From Lama guanicoe (lineage: Eukaryota), in NCBI GenBank assembly GCA_013239625.1, contig MU054391.1:4733824-4797823 (forward strand): 64,000 nt of DNA. The letters run 5' to 3'. This document shows, piece after piece, positions 37,360 to 49,870 of the stretch; within the stretch, counting starts at the first letter, position 1; each line of letters begins with the position of its first letter. The notes under the pieces are model-generated. The model saw only the letters and a program-made list of their open reading frames with translations, did not search any database and had not been told where the DNA came from. The translations under genes were made by a program, and so were the position numbers.

Positions 37360-38420
37360 TCTGGCGGGCGGCGCATCGGCTGCCTTGAGGAAGCCTCAAC
37401 CTCTCGGTTCACAAACCCAGCTGAGCACCGTTTGATCAGGGCTATTTCGTTGCTCATCTTGAGGTGGGCAAGGTGACCCCGTGGGCCAAGCGGCGATGAG
37501 GGCCCTTAAAAACTCGTATCACAGGAGATGTTTTGCGGACTTGATTAGAGCCGCTGGGAATAAGGCAGAGGGTGGGCCAGAATTCAGCCGCTGATGCCCG
37601 CGCCAAGCACCTGGGCACCTGGGCACCCGAAGGGGCGGTAGGACGCAGGGCCGGGCCCAGCCGCAGCCTCACCGACCACGAGCGTAGGGGCGCTGGCATC
37701 CCCGGCCCCTCCAGAAGGGAAACTGAGTCCCCGCGGCCGGCGAGGTTTCGAACTCAGCCCCCACTGGTCCTTTGAGGGCGGGCTTGGGACGGATAGGGCG
37801 CTTAGCCCGGGCCACCTGTGTCACTCGCCGGGATGGCAGGGATGCTCCGCCCTGCTCCTGCTGGGTGGGGGGCGGCGGGGGTCGATGCAGCACCTGCGAG
37901 GCAGCAGGGCGCGCGCCCGTCTCTCCACCCCGTTCTCCCCAAAGCGCCGCGGCCCCGCCGGCTGCACCCGGCTCTGCCTCCCCGCCTCCCCCCTCCAGCC
38001 CCCGCCCTCCGGAGCCCGGCTGCTGGGGCTGCTGCCGGATTCCCAGCCCGGATGCAGGGAGCGGGGACGCTGAGCCCGCCTGGTAGCTCTCCGCGCAGCC
38101 AAGCCTCCTCAAGTCTTTCTTTACTGACTTTACTGAACATGTGTGTCTGTGTGTGTGCGTGTGTGTACACAGTCCATGCAGAAAGGGGTGCTGAGAAATG
38201 ACTAGGGTCTCATATACGTATGTAAGTGTCTTCAATAAATCACGGAAAATAAGCTCGATCACACATCCCAAGCCAGGTTTCAAGGGCCGCCCTCCCCACG
38301 GCGGGTAAGCCCACCCTGCGAAAGAAAAGGGAAAGCCCCAGCCGGGCGTTAGGGGCGGCACGGAAGCGGCTGCAAACAGAATCTTCCCAGAGGAACGACC
38401 TCCTTCCGCAGCTGGAGGTG
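37360..38420. promoter_or_regulatory. CpG island / probable promoter
   Basis: About 1 kb of very GC- and CpG-dense, repeat-free sequence with multiple GC boxes. Minus-strand donor TCG|GTGAGG at 37673; plus-strand donors at 38222 and 38305. Confidence 0.8.
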
Positions 38421-39534
38421 TGGGGAACCCAGAAACTCGTGACAGCGTTCTTTAAAGGGCAGCTAAGAAAACAGGTGCTGCCTACCTGGGTTTATGGGCT
38501 TGGTTTTTACCTGCTGGAAATATCCGTCCTTTATGACCCCCTGTGCTATATTTAGGATCTCATTGGTTTCCCCAGGCCTTTTCTGCTGGTCCATTTCTTT
38601 TTTTCTTATGACCTTCCTTGTTGATCTAAGCAGGCAGTTTTAATCCCATTTAAGACCTGTGAGTGATTCTCACCCCCAACCCCACCCCACAGTCTACGCT
38701 CTCTTAACAAGCAAAGTCAAGTCAATTTTCCAGGTGTTAAAGAACATTCAACAATAACTATATAATCAGCGTGAAAATTAAATGCTGGGTGACACAGGGA
38801 AACACCTTGCATTTTCTGCCTGGTTTCTATATTATTTCTTGAACTCCCAGGGAGCCTAGCCTCAAGGCTGCAATATTTATTTCCTTATTGATTTTTAGTG
38901 TCTTACTTGAAAATCCTAATTTCCAGTGGAGAGAATGAATGCATTTTCAACATGACAGGCAAGCACGTGGATGGAAGAGAAGGGCTGGAGGAATTGTTTC
39001 CTTTCTATGGTTTGGTTACTCCAGGTGGAAACTGGGTGCCCAGTCCTAGTAAAGGCTGACCCACCGTTTATCTGCCTGCCCACTCCTCTGGTGTCCTCAG
39101 TTTTGTGTTTAGGACATACTTCATTCTGCAGTGAGGATTATTACCTGCTCACACCGTTACTAACTTACCCAGTGGATGGAGGAAGGACGGGAATCTTGGT
39201 TCACATTCAGACCACCGCCCAGCCGGAAGCAGACAGCTGCGCAGCCAGGCTCCACATCCTGCAAGCCCGTCAGCCTCTGCCCCAGGGCCATTCTGTGACC
39301 AGACCTGCTTCCGGAAGTTGGCATCACGGAGTTCTGCCTCTGAAATGTTGGTCAGGAGTCCAACCCAGGCCTCCAAGTGTTGACCTTAAGTCCCACCCAC
39401 CTCACCCCTAAGCCACAGGTGCCAGACACACTGACTTAACCAGGAAGGATCTCGTGATGGGGTACGTCTCTCTGGGGTCAGTGGCACAGACCGTATCAGC
39501 CCCACAAGTGGAATTTTCAAAAGCCAGTGGAGGA

Positions 39535-39870
39535 GCTGGAGAAAGGGGGTCAAAAGGTACAAACTTCCAGTTATAAGATAAATAAGTCCTAGGATGTCAT
39601 GTACAACACAAGGACCACAGCTAACACTACTGTACGATCCTTATGAAAGTTAAGAGAGCAAATCCTGAAAGTTCTCATCACAAGGAGAATTTTTTTTCTT
39701 TTTTCTTTTCTTCTTTCTTTTCTTTTTATTGTCTCTATATGAGAAGATGGATGCCAGCTGAACCTTTTGCGGTGATCATTTCACAATAGGTGTAAATCAA
39801 ACCATCGTGCTGTATGCCTTAACCTTAACACAGAGATGGGTGCCAATTATTTATCAATAAAAGTGGGGGG
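39535..39870 (+). mobile_element. L1MA-type 3' end
   Basis: ggtcaaaaggtacaaacttccagttataagataaataagtcc...ttctcatcacaag...tcaataaaa. Confidence 0.85.
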
Positions 39871-40550
39871 AGGGAAGCCAATGGGTCCCCAAACTTCTAT
39901 TTGGCTCTTGCAATTGCATTGGTTCATTCCACCCTAGAAATGTCACATCACCTCCATCCTGGTCATGCAAGTTTCTTCCCACTACTTGCCACCCATGTAC
40001 ACATATGTCTACATCTGACACTACAAATCTACCCAAGGATCCTTGTCAACTACAGGTTGCCTAAAACACCAGAAAGAAGAATGACTTTGGACCACTTCGT
40101 GATTTCATGTGGTCTTTAAAACACACCTCACGTTGGTGGAATAGGCACCATTATTCAGTAGGCTGGGATATATAACCAGCACAGCGCCTGGCCCGTGCGC
40201 AGTGCCCCGTGAACACTTCCTGTTGGACCCACAGGTACTTGGAGAGCATCGGGTGTGACTCTTCCTTACCCTTCTTCCGTTGAAATGTCCCTACGGGCTA
40301 ATGGATTTGTTTTGATTCCTGATTCTCTGCAGCCTCCTTACTCCTTCTTCATCCCTGAGGGACCCTCCCCTGAGAGACAGCCCATCCCGAGCAACATAAC
40401 GGGGTCTGCAGGTGGATTCCACAAGACAGCGAGTGTCCTGGCTTCCTCCAAGCCAACACCCACCCAGCCTCCATGGTCACCCCCAGAGAACAATTTTCCC
40501 CCAAATCTCCTCAAAAGCCTGCAGTGGCTGAAATTAAAAACTGTGGGCTC

Positions 40551-40600
40551 ATAAACTGGGAGTTCAAGATTTGCAGATACTAACTAATATAAAAAAAGCC
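40551..40600 (+). mobile_element. 50-nt L1 3'UTR-derived micro-insertion
   Basis: ataaactgggagttcaagatttgcagatactaactaatataaaaaaa lies between exact ctgtgggctc repeats (40541-40550 and 40601-40610). Confidence 0.6.
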
Positions 40601-41932
40601 CTGTGGGCTCTGTGATACTTCCTCAGGGGCATGAATAAATGAATCAAAGCGTAAACAAAGCTACCTCTCACTGTCCCATTTCCTCACTGTCCTTTCGCCC
40701 CTACATTCCAAGGTCTGTGGTTCCCAGGCTTTTAGATTTCATTGAAGTAAAACATTAAATTAATTTTCAGTTTTCAATTTCATTTTGATTCACTGAATTA
40801 GCCTTTTTTTTTAAGCTGCAGAAGAACTTGACCCTTCAAAGCGAGTCACTGTCCAAATGAGATTCCTTACACCTGATGTCATAGGCCAATTTATTTTAAA
40901 GTCTAAACAAATATCAAGTCACTTTTGGCAGCAGTGGAAGTTACCTACCGTGACGTCAGAGCACCCAATACAAACACCGCGACAGAGATGTTCTGTCTCT
41001 TAGCCCCGAAGAAGGGACAGTTCTGAGCTATTTGCTTCCCTGGCCTAAGATGCCCTCTGCTTCCCTCCAAATTTGGCCTGTCTTTCAGAACTTAACCGAG
41101 GTCCCCACCTTCTGCACAAAGGCTTCCTGGCCAACTCTGGCTCTTCCCAATCTCTGACTCCAGCATCACTTCTAGTCTTTCAAATAGGCATTTAATTACA
41201 AGGCCGTCTTGTCTCGTTCACCCTGACTTCAAGCGGGTTATTCTGGCCTCCTGATGGAGATGGTGGTGCGCAGGGCCCACAGCTTTATGTCTTTTACTTT
41301 TTCTGGGTCCTTCCCAGGAGAAGCAGGTGTGGACTGAACACGAGGAGGGGCTCAAACATCATTGCTGATTGGTTAACTGGATCTTTCCACTAAAGGTCAG
41401 TCTCCATGGCAGTCCTTTTGTGACCAGACAATACTCCACCATCAGTATTGGGGAAGGAATTCTACCCTGACCACATTAAAGCCACATTCCAGCCCACTGA
41501 CTACCTTCCTAGGATTCTAGGTGAGAAGTTCAAGGGGGAAACAGTGAACAATGGCAACTTGCATTGTACCACCTACCCAAACAACTAGCATCAGAGATGG
41601 AACACCAGGACCATGACAGCAGTAGGAAATGCCGATGGGGCTCAGAAGAGAGGAGGATTCTCACCCACTGGGGGTGATCAGGCCGTGTAGACAGAGAGGG
41701 AGGCAGTGGCGGAAGGCACCCAACTGTGGAATCAGTCCAGCAAGGACTCAAGTGTGGCTCTGTCATCCACTAACTCTGTGACCTTAGCCACAGCAATGCC
41801 CTTCACCTCCCGGTGTGGTTGGGGTTGTGGGCAACACCTACAAGCTGGGTACAGACTCTGAACCTCGGGCTCCACCCAAGGCCTCTGGATGAGAATCTGC
41901 ATTCTAAGGAGTCCCCTAAATGAGAATCAGCA

Positions 41933-42262
41933 TTTTTTTTAAATTAAAGTACAGTCAATTACAATGCAACAATTTCTGGTATGCAGCACTGTGTCCCAGT
42001 CATGCATATACATACATATATTCATTTTCATATTCTTTTTCATTGAAGGTTATTACAAGATATTGAACATAGTTCTCTGTACTATACAGCAGAAACTTTT
42101 TAAACTCTATTTTTATATATAGTGGCTAACATTTGTAAATTTCAAACTCCCAAATATATCGCTTCCCGCTCCCTTTCCCTGGTAACCATAAGATTGTAAA
42201 CATAAGATTGTTTACTATGTCTGTGAGTCTATTTCTGTTTGTAGATGAGTTCACAGTGTCCT
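41933..42262 (-). mobile_element. L1 3' UTR fragment
   Basis: tttttttaaattaaagtacagtcaattacaatg...gtcccagtcatgcatata... is the reverse of the tail seen at 8 and 18 kb. Confidence 0.88.
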
Positions 42263-42329
42263 GTTATTTTATTTTGAGACTTGGTATTTTAATGATGGTT
42301 CACGTGTATGGGGGCGTGAGGAGCCCGAA

Positions 42330-42800
42330 GTCCGGGAGGGTGGGTATTACCTCCCCCAGGACAAACTTCTTACAGCACAAGGGCCTTGGTCCACTTTGGA
42401 GGAACAACCTCTCTCCTGTGAGTCACTGACCAAGGGTTCGGGGTCTGGGGCTAAGCTAATCAGTACTTCCATCTCCCAAGCAGGGCTGGGGATGGGCGTG
42501 TGGCCCAGGTCAGGCCAATTAGGGTCAATCTGATAAAGCCAGGGCTGGTGTTTGATCACGCAGAAAGCTGACTTGCTCACCCTCTCAAGATGAGGAGAGA
42601 GGGCATGGGGTTGTCATGCCTGTGAACTACCTTGTGACTCCTGGGGACCTGAAAATGGACCACTAAGGAGAGCAATGCAGAGACACCCCTTGTGGTGAGC
42701 TTTAAGCCTGGAGAGAGGAGCTAGGTCTGAGAAACTACTTAGTTACGTGGCCCAGTAAATTCCCTGTTTAAGTCAGTTTGGGTTAGATTTTCTGACACTG
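42330..42800 (+). mobile_element. Old MaLR LTR (MLT1J/K/L-like)
   Basis: gggatgggcgtgtggcccaggtcaggccaat ... agtaaattccctgtttaagtcagtttgggttagattttctgacac. Confidence 0.55.
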
Positions 42801-43745
42801 GGGAATAAATGAGGCAGCGTGTGGAAAGCGTCACACCGAGTTGTCATGCAGATGCTGTGGCTGCGGTGGTGGCCCCTGCAGGGATTGCTATGGCAGTTGA
42901 ACTTGTCCTTGAAGTCTCTGAAGACTTTCTGTGACTCCAATGTAACATACCTGAAGAAGGAACACTTGAGGTCAAGTTTATTGAATGCTGACCAATCTAG
43001 ACAGAACAGAGTTTTATAGAATAAAACTGGGATGGAAAAATTGAGGGCTTGAAGGTACCTGAGCAGGAGACCAAGGGAATCAGCGCTTACACAGTCTGTT
43101 CTCCTAAGGTGCCTCCCGCAGGAGCCTCTCTCTGCCTGGGCACAAGATGCCTGCCTGGTTGGTGTTTCAGAAGCACAACTGGATGAGTTTGGTTCAGCTC
43201 CACCCTACTTTTTCTTCTCTGTTTGAGAACATGCGTCTCCGCTGCTGCTTTGGGCCATTAGTCAGACCTGGGGTTGCCAGCCCCAGGCTAGTGCTGCAAG
43301 GGCTGGATGGCTACACTGGCCTAAACTGAGGTCATTCCAGAAACGCCGCTTAGGCCACACATGCAAAGCCGTATCCTCCAACACAGCCTCCGTCTTATTT
43401 TACTGTCTTGTCTTTAACATGTTCAGAAGTCAGGCAGGGAAGAGGGCTGCTCTTTCGGGGAGGCCCCACGAAAGTTGCAGCAGATGGGACAGAGTGGAGG
43501 GCTGAAATAGAAGTAGGGGGACCAGCGTTGAAGCCCTTGCAAAGGGCTAAGGCTGTGCTAGTGAGACAGCAAGTAGAGACAAGGAGGGAGAGAGACAGAG
43601 GCGAGGCAAGGTGACAGGGAGCAGCCATCAGCATTGGCATTTTATGACATGAGGGCGGATTAGGAGCTTGTGATACAGGGAAGGATGGAGGGCCGGCAGG
43701 GTGTCTAGAGGGGAAAGTCCAGTGGGAAATAGAAAGTGAGGCAGA

Positions 43746-43852
43746 GGAGGGAAGGTACAGCTCAGTGGTAGAGCGCATGCTCAGCATGCACGATGAGGTC
43801 CTGGGTTCAATCCCCGGTACCTCTATTTAAAAAAAGAGAGCGAAAGAGAAAA
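43746..43852 (+). mobile_element. tRNA-Ala-derived SINE (vic-1-like)
   Basis: ggtacagctcagtggtagagcgcatgctcagcatgcacg..aggtcctgggttcaatccccggtacctc, an A tail, and an imperfect TSD agaaag(g)tgagg. Confidence 0.9.
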
Positions 43853-44287
43853 GAAAGGTGAGGTCGAGGGCCAGAATCGAGAGGGAGAAGAGTATTGATT
43901 GCATAGAAATAAGAACGGAAACAGGCTCGGGGAGGAAATCCTGGGGGAGGAAATGTGGAGCAAGGAAGCAAATAGGACAGCCGTGCCCAAGAGGGCTCAG
44001 GAGAACGAGGAGCCGGCGGGGAAGAGCGACCCACCGCGAGCGACATCAGTGATGAGAAGCGTGGTCTCCACTGAGGGCAGAGTTTCCTTAAGGAAGAGGC
44101 CCTGGAAGTGTTCAAAGTCAATGAGTAAACTACAGGGAGGGGCCAAGGAGAAGGCCCGCGTGGACCCGGAAGGCCGTTCAGAAACCAGGCGGCAGGGCAC
44201 AGACTTCCGGGTGCCGCGTACCACGCGGAGGGCGCTCCGGAGGTGGAGCTGGCGGGGGCCGGGTCAGGGTACCTCGCTGCCGGTTTG

Positions 44288-44328
44288 GATGCTGAGCAAA
44301 GATGCTGAGCAAAGATGCTGAGCAAAGA
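44288..44328. repeat. Perfect 13-bp tandem repeat x3 (gatgctgagcaaa)
   Basis: Direct reading of the sequence. Confidence 0.9.
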
Positions 44329-45099
44329 CAGACAAGACCCTCCAGGTCAGAATGGTGGTGACATTTCCTGGTGCCGTCAGGCCAGACTCTCAGACCAGGA
44401 AACCGTGGCTCTTCCCTGATTCCAGGCAGACTACCCCCTGTAGCTTGCTACTGAATTCCTGGTACCTTGCTGGACGCCTTTTCTGATGACTTTGGCTGCG
44501 ATGAATCCCAGAGAGAGGACTATTTTCTCAAAGTCGTGCCTCTTTAAGCACTTAGTGGGGGGGGGGGGAAAAAGAAAGAAAAGCTTCATAAAAGGAACCA
44601 CAGAGACTAGAAAACAAAAAAAAGTTCTCTGGTGAGCTGCATTCAAATTACTTACTTAGGAAAGAAATTAATGTTAACTGCTAAGGTCAGAGAATGAACT
44701 AAAGGCATGGCTCTGAATGTTTAACTCCAATTTTTCATTCTGGTCACACATTATGACTTCTTGGTGGATTTGACATTGATTCTACCATTTAAAGCAGCCA
44801 TGCAAATGTGTGCTAGCGCCAGGGCCTGTGGGATGGCTGGCTGCCTGCCTGTCCCAGCCCGGAGGCACTGGGCACCTTGTAAATTTGGTCAGTGGACTCT
44901 CCAGCTGAGAGCATCCAGTCCCGCCTCTTACTCTCAGTCTCCACCTACCACATGACAGCCCTGTGACCTGTGACATCCAGGGAGGAAAATTCCCCGCCTC
45001 CGGGGGGGGGGGTTGTCAAGAGTCAAAATCCTCCTAAACCATTTCTCCCAGGAGTGGGTGATTTTTTAAATGGGAGGCCAGTCAACATGAAAGAAATAT

Positions 45100-45500
45100 T
45101 GTTGCAGCAAAGTACGTTACAGCTTAGTGTGATAGCAACCTGGATCCTGGCGAGAGACCAAGAAGCACTCGGAAGCTTGGAGACCTCAGGTTTATTATAG
45201 CCAGGGGCCCAGAGGAGTTAACACTCCAAGCTCTGGACCACGTCTGTATGCTTCCACAGGCTTTTATAGGCTGTCAGTCTAGACTTTGCAACATCATATG
45301 CAAATAAGGTGTAACAAAGTGGACCAATCAGGAATGAGCATTTTAGAAATGGACCAATCAGGAGTGAGCTTAGGGAACCAATAGAATCTTAGGGGTAAGT
45401 TCAGATTTCCTAGAAGCAAGCCATTTTACAGAAGCACAAAAGTGAGATAGTGGCCTTGCCTGGGGGTCCTGCCAGTCTTTTCATGGGGCTTCCCACCTTA
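45100..45500 (-). mobile_element. Solo LTR (ERV1-like), 401 bp
   Basis: ATAT 4-bp TSD (45096-45099 and 45501-45504); minus-strand termini TA...CA; TATAAAAG at 45261-45268; AATAAA at 45191-45196; three CCAAT boxes; an octamer. Confidence 0.8.
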
Positions 45501-46711
45501 ATATTTTACCCAAAGTATTTTAAAATTAAACAGTAAAGTCTACTCTCATATTCTGCCGTATATCACTCCCTCCACTGATGAGAATGAAAGCCAAGAGAAG
45601 ATGTGTGACCTTCTTAAAATAAAGCTTTTGCCCAACTGAGGATATTTTCAAAGACTCCGCAAAGCCAATTTAAAGAAACCATTTTCCCAGAAGCATTTCA
45701 ACAGGAAGTAAGTGTTCTACCAAGGTAATTTTTCTAATACACTTGGGCTGAGCACTTAGACATTCTAATTTCAATTTAGAACCAATTTAATTGTTCAGCC
45801 CGACAGACATGATGAAAAAAGGACTCAGCTTTCAGTGAACTGAAAGGAAAAGGCAGTCTGCATCTGTGTTGCCTTAGAACTCACACACTGCGAGTACTGT
45901 GTGCTCAATAAATACACATTAAAACTTTCACTTGTCCTTATTACTCGATGAGAGCAAATTTTTGCATAAAGTCCATATTATTAAAATAATATCACACTCT
46001 TCCCCACCCAACTGATTGGGCACTGTTTTCAGATTTTCTGCATTAAAATGAACATATTCTCAGTCATCGTTTGAAGCCGTCTAAGGCTTCAGCACATAAC
46101 TCCTCAGTGACTAAGGCAATGACTGCTCCACTCCTTCCTCTGCACAGAGGTGGGGGCTTTCAGTAAAGGGCGCTGCAGGCTTTCCCGGGGCTCCTGCACT
46201 CAGTTGAGACCAGGACTGGAAGATTCTGGTGAACCAGCAGTGAGACGGCCCTGGGCTCACTGACGGTATGTGTAGCAGGCTTCGAGCAATGCTCATGCGG
46301 GAAAAATCAAATGATTTAGTTTGAAGAGGAAAACTATTGTTCTTTCTTCACTTATTGTCGCACACAGGGACTCTGCCTACAAAACTGGCTCTCATCTCTC
46401 ATTTCTGTAAGCATCAGCTGCCCTCTGCCCACAGCAGGAAGAGAATTCACATCAGCAAAATAGAAGCAGTCATTCTTCTTTTCTGCCAGTTTCAATTAAA
46501 GCCCAGGACCTCAGCTCAGCCTAGCAGGGGCCCTCATTCCTGCCTACTTGATAAACTTGCCTGAAAGGAATAAGGGTTTGGTGTTGTTTTTTTTTTTTTC
46601 ATTTTTAAGAAAGGGATGCAGATGGCATCTTGATGAGCATTGCTTTATTGCAGTTATTGACAGTCACACATCAGAGAGGTTACAGTGGCACCCATGGATA
46701 AGAAGTATCTT

Positions 46712-47223
46712 TCAAGAATGAAATGTACATATAAACATATATACACGTTATTCAGCCTTTAAAAAAAGGAGATCCTGCCATTTGCAACAACATGGATGAC
46801 CCTGGAGGACATCATGCTAAGTGAAATAAGCCGAACACAGAGAGAATAAAACTACATGCACTTATATGTGCAATCTAACAAAATTAAATGCAGGGAATCA
46901 GAGAGCAGAAGTGTTTACAGGGTAAGCAAGTAGGAGAAGTGGGGAGGCGTTAGTCAAAAGGGACAAGGTTGCAGTTGTATAGGGTAAACGTCTAGAGCGG
47001 GAACACACAGCACAGTGAACACAGCTGGTAACACTGTGCTGATCACTGGACGTTCGCTAAGAGAAGAGAGTTCAGGTGCTCTCATCACAAAGAAATATGG
47101 TGCCCCTGGGAAGAGGATGTGTTAATTAGCTTGAGTGTAGTAATCATGTCACTATATATATGTGTGTCAAATCATCATATTCTACACCTCAAATACATAT
47201 AATTTTTATTTAAAAAAAAAAAA
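46712..47223 (+). mobile_element. L1MA-type 3' end with A tail
   Basis: ccatttgcaacaacatggatgaccctggaggacatcatgctaagtgaaataagcc...aaatacatataatttttattta(n). Confidence 0.9.
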
Positions 47224-47734
47224 AGAGAAGTTTCTTCCACAAGAGTAAGTGGCCCTACTAAGGTGGTCCCGGGACATGTAGTAACGACACTTTAGTCTGG
47301 AACAGTGGTCCTAGGCTGGATATCTTAGCAGCTTAGCTTTGTGACCTAGAGACAGAGCCCGCTGACTTTTACAACGTCTTCATCTCTCTAAACCCCAATC
47401 GGTGCTTCCGGGTAGAGTCAGCATTTCCTATTTGAGTGTCTTTTGGTGACAGCTCACCCATCAGCAGCCATTTGTGCCACGCCCTGTGCCAAGGGTGAGG
47501 AATCAGGTGAGCTGGGCCCAGGACACGCCCTTGTGCTGCTCGCACGGGGGACGATGGATCAGTGTTTCCCACTGACTAGTTGTATCGGGTGACTCTCAAC
47601 TCTTCCTCTGTCCCCACGCAGACTTCCTAGCTAGCTGGGTCACCGTGAATGAAATGTACACAGCGTGTACTTTCCAAACTACGTGAATATGTACGTGACT
47701 TCTATCCTATGGCAATTTATGTGTCTCTATAATG

Positions 47735-49870
47735 TTTTTTGAATTGTGGAATATTCAAGCATGCAGAAAATTACATAAATAATACAACAAATACCCACTG
47801 AAATATCTGAGGCCTGATAATTCTTAATATGGTGGCATATTTCCTTCAGGCCTGTCATTTTAGAAAAAACACGGAGATACGTGAAGCCCTTTGTCTCGAT
47901 GCGAATACTGTTTTGCCTGTTTATATAAGTGGCACGTGCTACTTATCTTTCAAAAACTAGCTTTCTTGACTCAATATTTTATTTGAAAAGCTTATCCATA
48001 TTAAGACAGTCCCCCACAGTACATTTAGCTGCTGAATTGTATTCCACTGTTTGAATTTATGGCAATTTGCTTATTCCTTAGCCTGGGGTAGACGTTAAGG
48101 ATGTTTCCAAGTTTCGCTATTACAAAAAATCACTGCGTTGGTGTCTCAGCACATAACTCCTCAGGCACGGGAGTGAGAAGGTCCGTAGTGTGTGTCCCCG
48201 GATGTAGAATTGCAGAGCCGAAGTGCGTATCTCTCCACATTGGCCAGATATCACCACGTTGTTCCACACTTGTTGCCTTTGTGGTAATGTCCCTATTGAG
48301 ATGCAAGTCACATGCTGTACAATCCACTCACTTAAGGTGTATAATTTATTGCCTTTTAGTAGAGTCACTTTGTGTATCCATCACTACCATCAATTCTAGA
48401 ATCAATTTCTAGAGTTTGAGAAATTTTAAATTTCTTGGTTGGGGGGGTACTAAATTTCATTACCCTCCCCCAAAAAAACTCTGTACACTTTAGCCATCAC
48501 CCCCCGTCTCCTGATTTCCCCCAGCCCAAGGCAGCCACTAATCCTTTCTCTGTCCCTCTAGGTTTGCCTGGTTCATATAAATGCAATCACACAACATATG
48601 CTTTTTTGTAACTGGTTTCTTTCACTTAGCAAATTTCGAGGTTCATCCATGTTGTGACATATATCAGTACGTATTTATTTTTTTGTGTGGTTGTGGTGAA
48701 ATACACACAACATAAAACTTACCATTTTAACCACTTTTAAGTGTACAATTCAGTGCCATTAAGTATATGGTGATGCCACCATCACCACCATCCATCTCCA
48801 GAACTTCTTTATCTTCCTAAACCAAAATTCTCTATCCCCCTCCCCCCAGCCCCTGGCAACCACCATCCTACTTTCTGTGTCTATGAATTCAACAACTCTG
48901 GGTACCTCATGTCAGTGAAGTCATACAATATTTGTCCCTTTGTGACTGACTTGCTTCATTTAGCATACTGTCTTCAGGGTTCATCTGCAATGTAGCATGT
49001 GTCAGAGTTTCCTTTCTTTCTAAGGCTAAATAATATTCCATTGTATCTAAATACCATATTTTGCTTATCCATTAATCCATTGACAGATGTTTGGATTGCT
49101 TCCACCTTTTGGATATTATGCTCTGGTGAACACCAGTATACAAATATACATTTGAGTCCTTGCTTTCAAGTATTTTGGATATATACCCAGAAATGGAGTT
49201 GCTGGATCATATGATAATTCTATGTTTAGTTTTTTTAGGCACTGTCATACTGTTTTCCTATTTCTATATTTCTAACACTTATCTTTACTGGTAATATTTG
49301 TCACAAATATCTTCCCCCAGTACATGGTTTTCTTTGTCTTTATTGTACACAATTTTAATATAATACCAAATTTATGAATCTTTCCTTTATGGCTTTTGCT
49401 TCCCGTATCTAATTTAATGTGTTTTCCCATCCCAGCGTTAGAAGATACTCTCCTGTATTTCCACATTTCCCATATCAGTCTTTAATCTACCTGGATTGAC
49501 CTCCTCATATGCTGTGAGGTAAAGATCTAATTTAACATTTTTTCCCCATATGGATAACCAAATGTTCCAAACAGCAAACATCCCTCACTCCATACATTCC
49601 CCACTAATTTGTAATTCTGTCTGCATCCTAGACCAACTTTCCATATGGATCAATTTCTGGGTTTTCTGGTTTGTTCCATCGATTCACTTTCTGTCCTTGC
49701 CTCACTACTTTTAATTCAAGCTTTTCGATAAGTGTTAATAGTTAGAGGGCAAGTCCCACATCATACTCTTTTCCATTAAAATCATCTTGTCTCTTGTTGG
49801 TCCTTTACACTTGCAAGTGAATTTTAGGATTCTCTACCGAAGTTCCATGAACTGCATTTATAGATTAATA
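47735..49870 (-). mobile_element. Nested old L1M (L1MB/L1MC/L1ME-type) fragments
   Basis: e.g. ttttaagtgtacaattcagtg...ccccagcccctggcaaccacc..tactttctgt and tttggatatatacccagaaatgga. Confidence 0.8.

Noticed and set aside
37669..38361. 230-aa minus-strand ORF and overlapping ORFs in the CpG island
   Set aside because: Stop-poor GC-rich DNA, crosses a (CA) repeat, non-ATG start, no recognisable domain.
43750..43825. tRNA-Ala-like sequence (also at 31325-31398 and 55843-55914)
   Set aside because: Disrupted stems or indels, A-rich tails and TSDs show these are SINE copies, not tRNA genes.
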